Virus record (IMG/VR): IMGVR_UViG_3300029156_000007
Location: 1 to 40,597 of that record
Origin: a virus
Taxonomy: Duplodnaviria > Caudoviricetes
DNA: 40,597 nt
Reading direction: 5' to 3' (one strand)
In this document: in pieces, positions 23,868 to 32,122 of the stretch
Layout: every line of letters starts with the position of its first letter
How positions within the stretch are numbered: the first letter of the stretch is position 1
The notes under the pieces: generated by a model
Database searches by the model: none
Told to the model about the DNA's origin: nothing
The model's input: the letters and a program-made list of their open reading frames with translations, nothing else
Program-made: the position numbers and the translations under genes

Positions 23868-26852
23868 CTACGCATCCAGGTCTATATGTTGGATGTCCGA
23901 TCCTGACAGGGAATCGTCTATGACCGTCCGTTCCCCGGTGCCGTCGTAGTTGTACTCTTTGATGGTGTTGTTCGTGGTGCCTGCGTAGATTTTCTGGTAC
24001 ACCCTGTCACCGGCCAATCCTAGCTCTGTAGTCCCGGCTGTGGTGATAACCGAGCTAAACGAACCGCCGCCCGGCGTAGGCCATGTACGTATCTCATCCG
24101 CCCCGGACCATTCAAAGAAAACGCTGCCGTAGTCGTCATCCATAAAGGCATGTGCCCCAAGTTCCACGCTTGCGCCGCTCGTCTCTATGTCCGTATTCGC
24201 ATTCCCTGCATAATCGTATTTCTGCACGCGCTTCGTGCCGCCGCCGAACGTCTGGTAAACGGCGTATGTGCCATCTTCGGATACCGCCGGGGCACCGATG
24301 GAGGTGGTATCCCGGATGAACGATGCGGATTGAATCAGTACGCCATCATAGCTGTACACGCTGACCTTATCGCCTGACGTGAAGTTTGTTATTACGGCGA
24401 TAATGCGCCGATTCAGCTTGTCAAGGCAGATGCGAACGGTAGGGGGGAAGCCGCTATCAATGGCCGTGATGGTTACGAGCGTGCTAGGCAAGCCGCCAAC
24501 CAGGTCGGATCGCTTGATGTAGCGGTTACTATCGCCTGACTCGGCAACGGACGTGAAGATATATCCCGCCGCGCCATCAACGAACATATCTACCAGCGTG
24601 AGCGATGATGACGTTCGTATCGTCGTAGCGCTCCAACTGCCAGAGATCCTATCTATCGTAGCTTTCTTGATCTCCTTGCTGCTGTTGCTGTAATAGAGCG
24701 TTGTGGGCACACTTGGCGGCACGAACGGATCTGTGCTATCACACACAAGGCCCTGATCTACGTCAATGCCAGCAAGCAAGGCCGTATTGGGCTTGATATC
24801 CACGACACATATCTGATCCCCGTTAGCCCCGCGCTGATACTCTATGAATGTGCCCGATAGGATTTGATCGTGATTAACCGGGCGGTAGCTCAGTTCCTGC
24901 CATGTGTAGTCCTGCTCCGCCGTGTTATTCGGGTTCGCCAGCACGAAGTACTGATGCGGCTTAGGCGGGTTTGTGCCTTCTTTGGTGTAGAAGGTGGTTA
25001 TGATCTCCTTGTTTGTTTGCCGGAACTCCTTCAACATCTCGTTAGCCCAAAACTGATCGAGGCTTACCCCAGATATAAAGGGAGCAGGTAGCCAATTCCA
25101 ATCGCTTGTTATGTCGCGCTCTGTATCGGTAGAGTCCAGCACGGTTAACCGCGTGGGGTGCCCGGTCGTTGGCCCGTCGCCTATGATCTGCGTAGGCGTC
25201 TCTGGACTAGAACGGTTCGTGTTGCCATCGTAGGTAATAAGCGTACGCGTCGCCGCGTTCAGCTCAACGTTATCATCATCAAGGATCTTGTAGCTCACAT
25301 TATCAAACACGACTTGATCCACCTGTGCCGTGTTGCTTGCCCCACCATTCTTATCCTCTGTAGCGTTGTAAATCTTGCAGTAAATGTCGCCGGTAACATC
25401 TACACTTGCAACGCTCATTTCCTCCGTCGTGAATGTAAGCGTCTGAACCGTTCCGGGCAGAATAGCCCGCTCAAAGTGTAGCTTTTCCTCGTCGGTTGGT
25501 GGGCTCGTGCTCCACTGGTAGGCCCCTATATGACTCGTTTGATGCAGCTTGTAGCTACCGACATGCCATTCAACAAAGAAATACACACGCCCCGCCGCCG
25601 GGTCTACAGATGCCGATGCTGGAGTCATGGTCACATCAATGCTTACTTGCATCTTGCGCCCCGGTGCGCCTTCTATCGGCCCTGAACTCGTTTGCTCAAC
25701 GTAATCATTAAGATTCGTTATTGGGTCGGCTGGTATCGAGGTAAACCCTGTGGTGCTTTCATAGATGATATCCATGTACAGCGCCTGCGTTGATACATCA
25801 AGGCCAGCGCCTGATATACCAGGAGATGCAACAACCGGGGTGGGAGTAGTGCCTCCTACGCGCCAGTTACCGACGCCGCTACCGCCTGAAGTCTGTATGG
25901 CGGATTCAAAGCCTGCATTACCAAGCGCACCGGCTCCGGGTGTCTTGTGGTAATAAGTGCTTGCAACGCTGCCATAGGGCTTTGTACCAGATACCGTAGC
26001 GCGTCCGATGATCTGTTGATTGGCTCCGGTTGTTGCTACCTCAACCCGCGCCGTGTGGTTTAGCGTGGCATTCGTGCCATCAGGCGTAGCATCTGCATCG
26101 TACTGATAGACTTTGTAATTACCACCGCTAATCTCTTTGCGCCTGTGCTGGATAAACCAACGCTTTTCGCTCTGCATGATCTGGAGCTGAAAGCGGCGTA
26201 GGATCTGATCCAGAACGGTGAACTTAGAATACGGGAAGCCATCAGCATCCACGAACTCACTTTGATCCGCCAACAAACGCTCTAAGGGGTCGTCGTCTGT
26301 GTCTAGTTCGTTCGTGCCGAGGTGCGGAAACCAGTTGCAATGTGTTGAGAGTCCGATATCAAGGCCGGTAGAATCCAGGCATTGCGTCAAGATCGTTAGG
26401 AGGTCTTCACGTCCCGTATAGAGCACGCCGCCGCCCTGAGAGTAGGGGATCTCCTTCAGGTCCTGAATCCGATCCGTTGCGCTGATACTGCTTACGGTTT
26501 TGCCGTATAGATCATACTTATAGCTATCGGTCAGAATGAAGCCTAACCATTCATCGCTTGAATCACCTTCAACGCGCAAGCGGTAACGCTCGTCGTCAGC
26601 GCCAACAAGCTCGGATAATACTCCAGTTTCATCGTCGATGAACTCCACGGTACAGGTAGATGTAAATATGTTCGGGTGGCCTGTGTCGGCGTAGAATCCT
26701 AAAGGGTAGTATTGAATATCAACCATCACATCACCGGCCTTTAGCTCAGTGATATCATCGCTGTCTAGCTCCCTGTCTTCGATATACGCGTTCCAGACGT
26801 GCCCGGTCTGAGACTGCTTGGAAATGATCTTGTATGCTGTGGCGTATGGCAT
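23868..26852 (-). CDS. Tail tip/hub protein with C-terminal beta-propeller-like region
   Basis: 994 aa immediately after the TMP; WLGFI…SISATD…LKEIPY N-terminus; C-terminal repeats LYYS…IKKA, IKRSDLVG, IKEYNYDGTGERTVI. Confidence 0.7.
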   Translation of the reverse strand: MPYATAYKIISKQSQTGHVWNAYIEDRELDSDDITELKAGDVMVDIQYYPLGFYADTGHPNIFTSTCTVEFIDDETGVLSELVGADDERYRLRVEGDSSDEWLGFILTDSYKYDLYGKTVSSISATDRIQDLKEIPYSQGGGVLYTGREDLLTILTQCLDSTGLDIGLSTHCNWFPHLGTNELDTDDDPLERLLADQSEFVDADGFPYSKFTVLDQILRRFQLQIMQSEKRWFIQHRRKEISGGNYKVYQYDADATPDGTNATLNHTARVEVATTGANQQIIGRATVSGTKPYGSVASTYYHKTPGAGALGNAGFESAIQTSGGSGVGNWRVGGTTPTPVVASPGISGAGLDVSTQALYMDIIYESTTGFTSIPADPITNLNDYVEQTSSGPIEGAPGRKMQVSIDVTMTPASASVDPAAGRVYFFVEWHVGSYKLHQTSHIGAYQWSTSPPTDEEKLHFERAILPGTVQTLTFTTEEMSVASVDVTGDIYCKIYNATEDKNGGASNTAQVDQVVFDNVSYKILDDDNVELNAATRTLITYDGNTNRSSPETPTQIIGDGPTTGHPTRLTVLDSTDTERDITSDWNWLPAPFISGVSLDQFWANEMLKEFRQTNKEIITTFYTKEGTNPPKPHQYFVLANPNNTAEQDYTWQELSYRPVNHDQILSGTFIEYQRGANGDQICVVDIKPNTALLAGIDVDQGLVCDSTDPFVPPSVPTTLYYSNSSKEIKKATIDRISGSWSATTIRTSSSLTLVDMFVDGAAGYIFTSVAESGDSNRYIKRSDLVGGLPSTLVTITAIDSGFPPTVRICLDKLNRRIIAVITNFTSGDKVSVYSYDGVLIQSASFIRDTTSIGAPAVSEDGTYAVYQTFGGGTKRVQKYDYAGNANTDIETSGASVELGAHAFMDDDYGSVFFEWSGADEIRTWPTPGGGSFSSVITTAGTTELGLAGDRVYQKIYAGTTNNTIKEYNYDGTGERTVIDDSLSGSDIQHIDLDA

Positions 26853-28453
26853 TATTTAAGGCTTATAGCGCCTCCGCCGCGACTGTTTTGAGCTTTTTGC
26901 AGCGTTAGGAGGAGATCGCCACCGGAGACTCGAAGGGCTTGGACTTGGATGGGAATGGGCTGTGACTTTAGACCTGACGATGCACCGCTTGCACTTGGAA
27001 CTGCTGCTGCTGATGTGGTAGATACCGGCAAGCCAACCGCAGCCGCAAGACCTTGCCCGAATGATATGGGGTTTCCTGTCAGGGCTCCGATGCCAACATT
27101 GAGACCAGCATTTAAAAGGGTGTTAAATAGCTGCTGCCCAATGCCGCGAAGCGTATTCCTGAGCTTCGCCGCCTTGCTGTTTGCCTCCTCGAACTTGAAT
27201 ATCAGACTGGACAATACGCCAAGGCCAATCGTACCTATCAGCTTCAGGGCTACAGCACCGCCATTAATCTCCGTGGTGGTCTGCTTCATGCTCTCTCGAA
27301 TCTCACCAAGGCGACCATTCAGAAATGAGAACTGCGCTGTATTCTGTTCGCCTCTTGACTGTAAATTGAGGAGTTCGGCTTGTAAAAGGCTAGCTTCCTG
27401 TCTCATTCCCTGTTGTGCAGGGATGACGCCGTTATTTATAGCGTTTTGCAGGTTCGTGAGTTTAACAATGAAGTTGTCAGGCAACAGATTGGGTAGCTTC
27501 AGGTCCTTGGTCCTATCAAGAACGGTATCTTTAACCCCGTTGGCCTGAACCCCAAACCCTTGTAAGCCTGAAAGGTTAGCGCGTGGGCTTTGCCTGCCTG
27601 GTGCCCTATTAAGCCCCTTGCCCGCTAGTTCATTTTCTACGCGGTTTATCTCGTCAAGCGTTTTTAGTTGGTCACTATAAACCTTTAACTTGGCTTCTGC
27701 CGATGCAAGTTGTGATAGTAACGCATCGTTCTGTAGCGTCTCCAGTCTTAGGTTTTGATTTACAACACCCCCGAGCTTCTTGGCCGCGTCGATAGCACCA
27801 ACGAAAATAGATTTAAAAACCCCGGTTACACCGCCCGACTGCGTGATAACCCCGCGCCCCTCCAGTTCATCTCTTAATCGACCGACCTCATCCTTTGCGC
27901 CTCTGGATAGATTTACTAGCTGATCCCTATTCTGCACCTCGAAAGGGGAGCCGCTAGGCAATTTGAAATTTACGAGTGTACCCAATGCGCTTTGAAAAAC
28001 TTGCTTTGCCGCTTCAGCAGCACGCGCCCCTTTTTCCCAGACATCAGCCAAAGCCACGCCAATAGCTGAAAGGGTGGTCTGTATACCAAGTGCAGCAATT
28101 CCCTTAAGGGCTTTACCTATGCCCTTGATTGCAAGCGAACCGGTATCGCCGCCACTTTTCAGGCCCCTGAAACCAGAGGTAAGCCTGGAGAAGAAGGAAC
28201 CGGAATCGGCTTCAGCCTTTTTTATAGACTCCCTAGCTCGATCAACAGATGCCCTGGCACGTTCAATAGATGCGGTTGCGCCCGTCTCGTCGAATATCTT
28301 ACGTGCCTTTCCGCGTGCCGTGGAAATCTTATCGAGTTTCTTCTGTGCCTCTTCAGCAGCAGCACCCAATCCTTTTAAGACCTTCTTGGCTTCATCAACG
28401 GCTTTCTTTAGCGCTGACGGATCGCCACTAATATCAACTCTTACTTCAGACAT
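26852..28453 (-). CDS. Tape measure protein
   Basis: MSEVRVDISGDPSALKKA N-terminus, Ala/Gly-rich helical sequence, position after the tail chaperones. Confidence 0.8.
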   Translation of the reverse strand: MSEVRVDISGDPSALKKAVDEAKKVLKGLGAAAEEAQKKLDKISTARGKARKIFDETGATASIERARASVDRARESIKKAEADSGSFFSRLTSGFRGLKSGGDTGSLAIKGIGKALKGIAALGIQTTLSAIGVALADVWEKGARAAEAAKQVFQSALGTLVNFKLPSGSPFEVQNRDQLVNLSRGAKDEVGRLRDELEGRGVITQSGGVTGVFKSIFVGAIDAAKKLGGVVNQNLRLETLQNDALLSQLASAEAKLKVYSDQLKTLDEINRVENELAGKGLNRAPGRQSPRANLSGLQGFGVQANGVKDTVLDRTKDLKLPNLLPDNFIVKLTNLQNAINNGVIPAQQGMRQEASLLQAELLNLQSRGEQNTAQFSFLNGRLGEIRESMKQTTTEINGGAVALKLIGTIGLGVLSSLIFKFEEANSKAAKLRNTLRGIGQQLFNTLLNAGLNVGIGALTGNPISFGQGLAAAVGLPVSTTSAAAVPSASGASSGLKSQPIPIQVQALRVSGGDLLLTLQKAQNSRGGGAISLK

Positions 28454-28774
28454 ATGAAAACCTCTATCAACGCCGCAAAAGTCATTTCTTACTTCCTGAT
28501 TGTCGGTGCGCTGTTTTCGTTCATTGGCGGTATCACGTCAGCTATCCCCGGAGACCCAGAAAGCACACAATATGTATGGTTTGGCCTTGCCGGATTCTTT
28601 CTTATGATCGCTTCGGCGTCCGTGCTTTCAATGATTGCTGGAATTGCCAAATCATCTATGAGCATGGCCGCAGATATGAAGGAGATGAGTGAGGTGTTTA
28701 AGGCGATGAATCAGCATCGCGCTTCTTCCGCTTCGCAGCCTCCCGCACCAGCCTCGCCTCGTGCCGTGCATTAG
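28454..28774 (+). CDS. Antisense two-TM membrane protein (superinfection-exclusion candidate)
   Basis: Two hydrophobic helices; fills a gap with no clear minus-strand ORF between chaperone and TMP. Confidence 0.6.
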   Translation: MKTSINAAKVISYFLIVGALFSFIGGITSAIPGDPESTQYVWFGLAGFFLMIASASVLSMIAGIAKSSMSMAADMKEMSEVFKAMNQHRASSASQPPAPASPRAVH

Positions 28775-29102
28775 CTCTTGCAAGCCTTTGCTTGGCACTC
28801 TCTACGTCAGTCTCTCTGCCTAACCATGCATCAAGAAAGCGGCTTGGCTGCAAGGGCGGCTTAGGATCTCCGAATGCATTCAGTAGCTCGGAAACCTGAA
28901 CAGCTGCCACCTGAAAGTGTAGCTGCCGTTCGTAATCTCTTCGCCTATTGAAGCCATCGAGATACCGCTGGAACTCACGCAGGGACATATCCCAAAACGC
29001 ATCCTCTGGCAAGCCTATCTCATTCGCAAAAACCAAGTAGTCATCCCACGTAGGCGGGGTGGCTGTGCCTGGTTCTATGTGATGTGATTGACTTGTCTTT
29101 GG
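28698..29102 (-). CDS. Tail assembly chaperone, frameshifted C-terminal part (gpGT-like)
   Basis: -1 frame from T-TTT-TTC: PKTSQ…WDDYLVFANEIGLPEDAFWDMSLREF. Confidence 0.8.
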   Translation of the reverse strand, partial: PKTSQSHHIEPGTATPPTWDDYLVFANEIGLPEDAFWDMSLREFQRYLDGFNRRRDYERQLHFQVAAVQVSELLNAFGDPKPPLQPSRFLDAWLGRETDVESAKQRLARANARHEARLVREAAKRKKRDADSSP

Positions 29103-29374
29103 AAAAAAAGGGCGTAGGCTTCAGTAGTGGCATCAACAATCGCTTCAAAATGAGTATCCATCATTTCACCCGCTGCATTGATGCTGTCAATCTGCCCACG
29201 CGCCGATGCAAAGAACAATGCACGCACGGTACTAAAGCCGAGGTTATCCATATCGAACAGGCTACCAACACCGGAAAGCGACTCAGCCACTGCCAGAGAG
29301 TTAGCGGTTAGTTTCAATATGTACTCCTTGCCATCAATCGAAAGGCTTACTTCGCCCTTTTCCTTGTTTGCCAT
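29075..29374 (-). CDS. Tail assembly chaperone (gpG-like)
   Basis: MANKEKGEVSLSIDGKEYILKLT…; slippery site near the 3' end. Confidence 0.8.
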   Translation of the reverse strand: MANKEKGEVSLSIDGKEYILKLTANSLAVAESLSGVGSLFDMDNLGFSTVRALFFASARGQIDSINAAGEMMDTHFEAIVDATTEAYALFFQRQVNHIT

Positions 29375-29395
29375 CTTTGTCGGGGATTAGATGTG

Positions 29396-29680
29396 TTAGT
29401 CTGACCAGATTACCTTCTGGTCTTTGTCGAGTAGCTCCCATGTGGTGCGGTCCCGGCCCATGCGAACACGGCCAAAATCAGCGCCATCGGAAAGGGTTAC
29501 AGTCAGGGTATCGACGGCCACCCACTTGTTTTCCTTGACGTCCCAATTGCACGGCTTTTTATCAGCCTTGCCTTTGTCGGTGAAGCGGATCGCTACGGCC
29601 TTTTTGATATCGGCATCAGTAGCGCCCATCTTGGCGCAGTCGCCAAGGAAATAATCGAAGTCTATGTCTCGTATTACCAT
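29396..29680 (-). CDS. Hypothetical tail-region protein
   Basis: 94 aa between tail tube and chaperone genes. Confidence 0.6.
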   Translation of the reverse strand: MVIRDIDFDYFLGDCAKMGATDADIKKAVAIRFTDKGKADKKPCNWDVKENKWVAVDTLTVTLSDGADFGRVRMGRDRTTWELLDKDQKVIWSD

Positions 29681-29684
29681 TGGA

Positions 29685-30143
29685 TTATGCGTCTACGGCT
29701 TCTTTGGTGTAGTCACCATCACCAGCCAGTTCAAAAGATGCGGTCATGATCTCGTTGTTAGGGCTTCCTAGCTCCCAACTGATTGCATTGCCAGCACCGC
29801 GAAATTGTATATCACTTGTCACATCAGACGTGCAAAGGAAGTACAGCTTCTTATTAGCTGCTGTGGTCGTCTTGACAGCATCCCAGACAATTTCCTGCCC
29901 GGCGTCGCTATCGTGCCCCCATTCCACTTCGCCGGTAAGCGTGAAGCTCTGATCGCCGGAGAGGGTAGTGGTACGACTCCCATTGTCCTTGTTGGAGCTG
30001 GTCAGCCGTTCGCTCGTGTCGCTGAAGGTAAAGGTGCGAAGCAGCCCGACCTTTGTGTAGTTCAATATCTCGTCGGGCGTTGCTGGCTCTGATGTCGCAT
30101 TGACATAGAGCAAGTACTCTTTCCCGTTAACAATATTTGCCAT
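29685..30143 (-). CDS. Major tail tube protein
   Basis: NGKEYLLYV…SSNKD…SFTLTGE…FRGAG…MTASFELAGDG, TP901-1-like pattern. Confidence 0.85.
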   Translation of the reverse strand: MANIVNGKEYLLYVNATSEPATPDEILNYTKVGLLRTFTFSDTSERLTSSNKDNGSRTTTLSGDQSFTLTGEVEWGHDSDAGQEIVWDAVKTTTAANKKLYFLCTSDVTSDIQFRGAGNAISWELGSPNNEIMTASFELAGDGDYTKEAVDA

Positions 30144-30166
30144 GATGTTCTAAGAGTTGCGACGCC

Positions 30167-30586
30167 TTACGCGCCTGTATGGCTTATGAAATACCGCACC
30201 CTGATAAGCGAGTGGTATATGAACCCCTCCGGGCGCGGCTCTTTTGTAGTGTCGTTGGCCTCAAGCTCTCGCCGTACCTCGTAGAAGCTGGCACCTAAGC
30301 TGAATGCCGTAGCATTCGGCCCTATGGCCTGCAATACGCTGTTAGCGATCTCCTTTGATTGCACAAGGCTCGCAGTATGCACATAGACGTTGTGTGCAAT
30401 GCTGGATCTGATCTGGTCGCGGTTCTCATCCTCCGCCGTTTCGCTATCCTCACCGATCACCACAAGCGGCATTGACGCGCCCTGTGTAGGGTTCGTCGTT
30501 ACCTCCGCCGTGATCGCGTCCGTGGCAAGCTGCGCGATAATCGCGTCGCCTAACACGTCCTGTAATGCGAGTGATGCGCTAATCAT
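30167..30586 (-). CDS. Tail completion/terminator protein (DUF3168-like)
   Basis: SLALQ…PLVVIGED…KEIANSV; synteny. Confidence 0.75.
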   Translation of the reverse strand: MISASLALQDVLGDAIIAQLATDAITAEVTTNPTQGASMPLVVIGEDSETAEDENRDQIRSSIAHNVYVHTASLVQSKEIANSVLQAIGPNATAFSLGASFYEVRRELEANDTTKEPRPEGFIYHSLIRVRYFISHTGA

Positions 30587-31008
30587 TTCAGCAGCCCGTT
30601 AAGATCCTCGATAAGCTGTTTCAGGGCACGTTCAGCGCCCGGTATGATGTGCGGCCTTGCCGGTCTGTTCATCTGCCTTGTATGAGCCCTGACCGCGTGT
30701 GACTTGCCGTCTCTGGTCCTGGAATGCGAACCCACCTGCACAACCCCATCAAAGCCAAGCTCAAGCACGGAAGCATACTTAGCCGCTGCGGTTAGCGATG
30801 TAGACAAGAATGGCGCTGCCGGATCGTGCCGGATGTTGCGACGGTGAAAGCCTAGCTTTACAGGGGCCTTTGCCTTCGCATAGGTCTCCATGCGTGCCCC
30901 GGCCACCTTGAACTTCCGATCAGCCTGCACAAGCAAGGCATCAACATCAGCCTGAACGCCTTTGATAGCGTCGTTTAGCCCTTCAATCTTGATGCTTACC
31001 GATGCCAT
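30583..31008 (-). CDS. HK97 gp10-like neck protein
   Basis: IKIEGL…AKAKAPV…YASVLELG…PARPHIIP. Confidence 0.8.
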   Translation of the reverse strand: MASVSIKIEGLNDAIKGVQADVDALLVQADRKFKVAGARMETYAKAKAPVKLGFHRRNIRHDPAAPFLSTSLTAAAKYASVLELGFDGVVQVGSHSRTRDGKSHAVRAHTRQMNRPARPHIIPGAERALKQLIEDLNGLLK

Positions 31009-31352
31009 TAGACCTGATTGTCTTGCTCATAAACAGCGGTGATGTCCAAGGCCCTGCGCCTCATGCCCCGGTCCGTCACGCTTACCACATCGTAGTATCG
31101 GGTTTCCCCGCAGTACACATGCTTAAGGCGATTCTTAACCGTCACGTCCGTACGATACCTGATAGTGATAAGTAGCCGCTGCTGCGTCTCTAACCGATCC
31201 GCTGTCACCTGTTCGGTTGCAGGTATAGGTCCGACAGCAGCGGGCACCGTTGCCACATCCGCCCAGGCTTCGCTTTGCTCGTGGTACTGATCCGTGGTAA
31301 GCGTCTTCACCTGTATGGTGACGTGCTCCCGTAGCGTTCCAGTTCTCAGCAT
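31008..31352 (-). CDS. Head closure protein (SPP1 gp16-like)
   Basis: GTLREHVTIQ…WADVATVPA…ITIRYRTDVTVKNRL. Confidence 0.85.
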   Translation of the reverse strand: MLRTGTLREHVTIQVKTLTTDQYHEQSEAWADVATVPAAVGPIPATEQVTADRLETQQRLLITIRYRTDVTVKNRLKHVYCGETRYYDVVSVTDRGMRRRALDITAVYEQDNQV

Positions 31353-31888
31353 AGCAGCCTGTATTGATCCAGGTAAGTCTTTGAGACATCGGGTAGCATT
31401 GCCACCGATGATCCCACAACAAAGTCTTCCCTGTGCTCAAATAGCGTTGCCAAACCCTTCAGCATCCCGACCTTTACCGCGTCCGGCGTCTTGGTAGACA
31501 ATCCGGCAACGTAGGTAATCAGAATGCCGCCATAGTCGCGTTGCACGTCCGGGGTGGTAGTAAATACCAGTCGGTCGTTGTCGACCATGTAGTAGGTTGA
31601 ACTGGCTATCGTTGTCGCTACGTCATCCTCATCAAGCGTCTCAATTGACGTGATCGACGTGACCGGGCCGCGTGGCAATGTGAGAACATCGTCGCCGCCT
31701 ATCATGTCCAGCTTATAGGTGATTGTCCGCGTGGTGAACGAGCGCCCACAATACGCTTCCGCCTTCTCCTGAATGCCGCGCATTAGCAGCATTAGTTCGG
31801 CTTCGTTTAGATCCAGGTTCAGGAAGTCTTTTGCCTCCTGTGGATCTAATAGCAGTGTAGGGGTGGTCGTTACCTCAACTTGAATCAC
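31346..31888 (-). CDS. Head-tail connector (gp6-like)
   Basis: EAKDFL…AEAYCGRSF…LPRGPVTSI…ITYVAG…LFEHRE. Confidence 0.85.
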   Translation of the reverse strand: MIQVEVTTTPTLLLDPQEAKDFLNLDLNEAELMLLMRGIQEKAEAYCGRSFTTRTITYKLDMIGGDDVLTLPRGPVTSITSIETLDEDDVATTIASSTYYMVDNDRLVFTTTPDVQRDYGGILITYVAGLSTKTPDAVKVGMLKGLATLFEHREDFVVGSSVAMLPDVSKTYLDQYRLLC

Positions 31889-32059
31889 TTACTTGCTCGT
31901 CGTCTTCTTTGCCGGTGCCTTCTTCGCTGCCTTTGCTGGCTTAACCGCTTCCACCAATCCGCCGAGGCTTTTCACCTCATCGGCTGGCAAATCGTAGGTT
32001 TCACCCTCAACACAGCTCCGTGACTCGCTGGCAAAGCTCTTTAGTGCTAATACGATCAT
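31889..32059 (-). CDS. Small post-capsid protein (56 aa)
   Basis: MIVLALKSFASESRSCVEGETYDLPADEVKSLGGLVEAVKPAKAAKKAPAKKTTSK; AAGGA RBS; fills the gap between capsid and connector. Confidence 0.7.
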   Translation of the reverse strand: MIVLALKSFASESRSCVEGETYDLPADEVKSLGGLVEAVKPAKAAKKAPAKKTTSK

Positions 32060-32122
32060 TGTCCTTTGATCTGTAGGAGCAGGGAAGGGCCGGAGCCCCT
32101 CCCGTTACCTGTCAGTTTGAGC

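Noticed and set aside
29396-30143. Frameshifted tail-tube extension (SPP1 gp17.1*-like)
   Set aside because: No slippery heptamer at the tube 3' end and the next ORF has its own ATG
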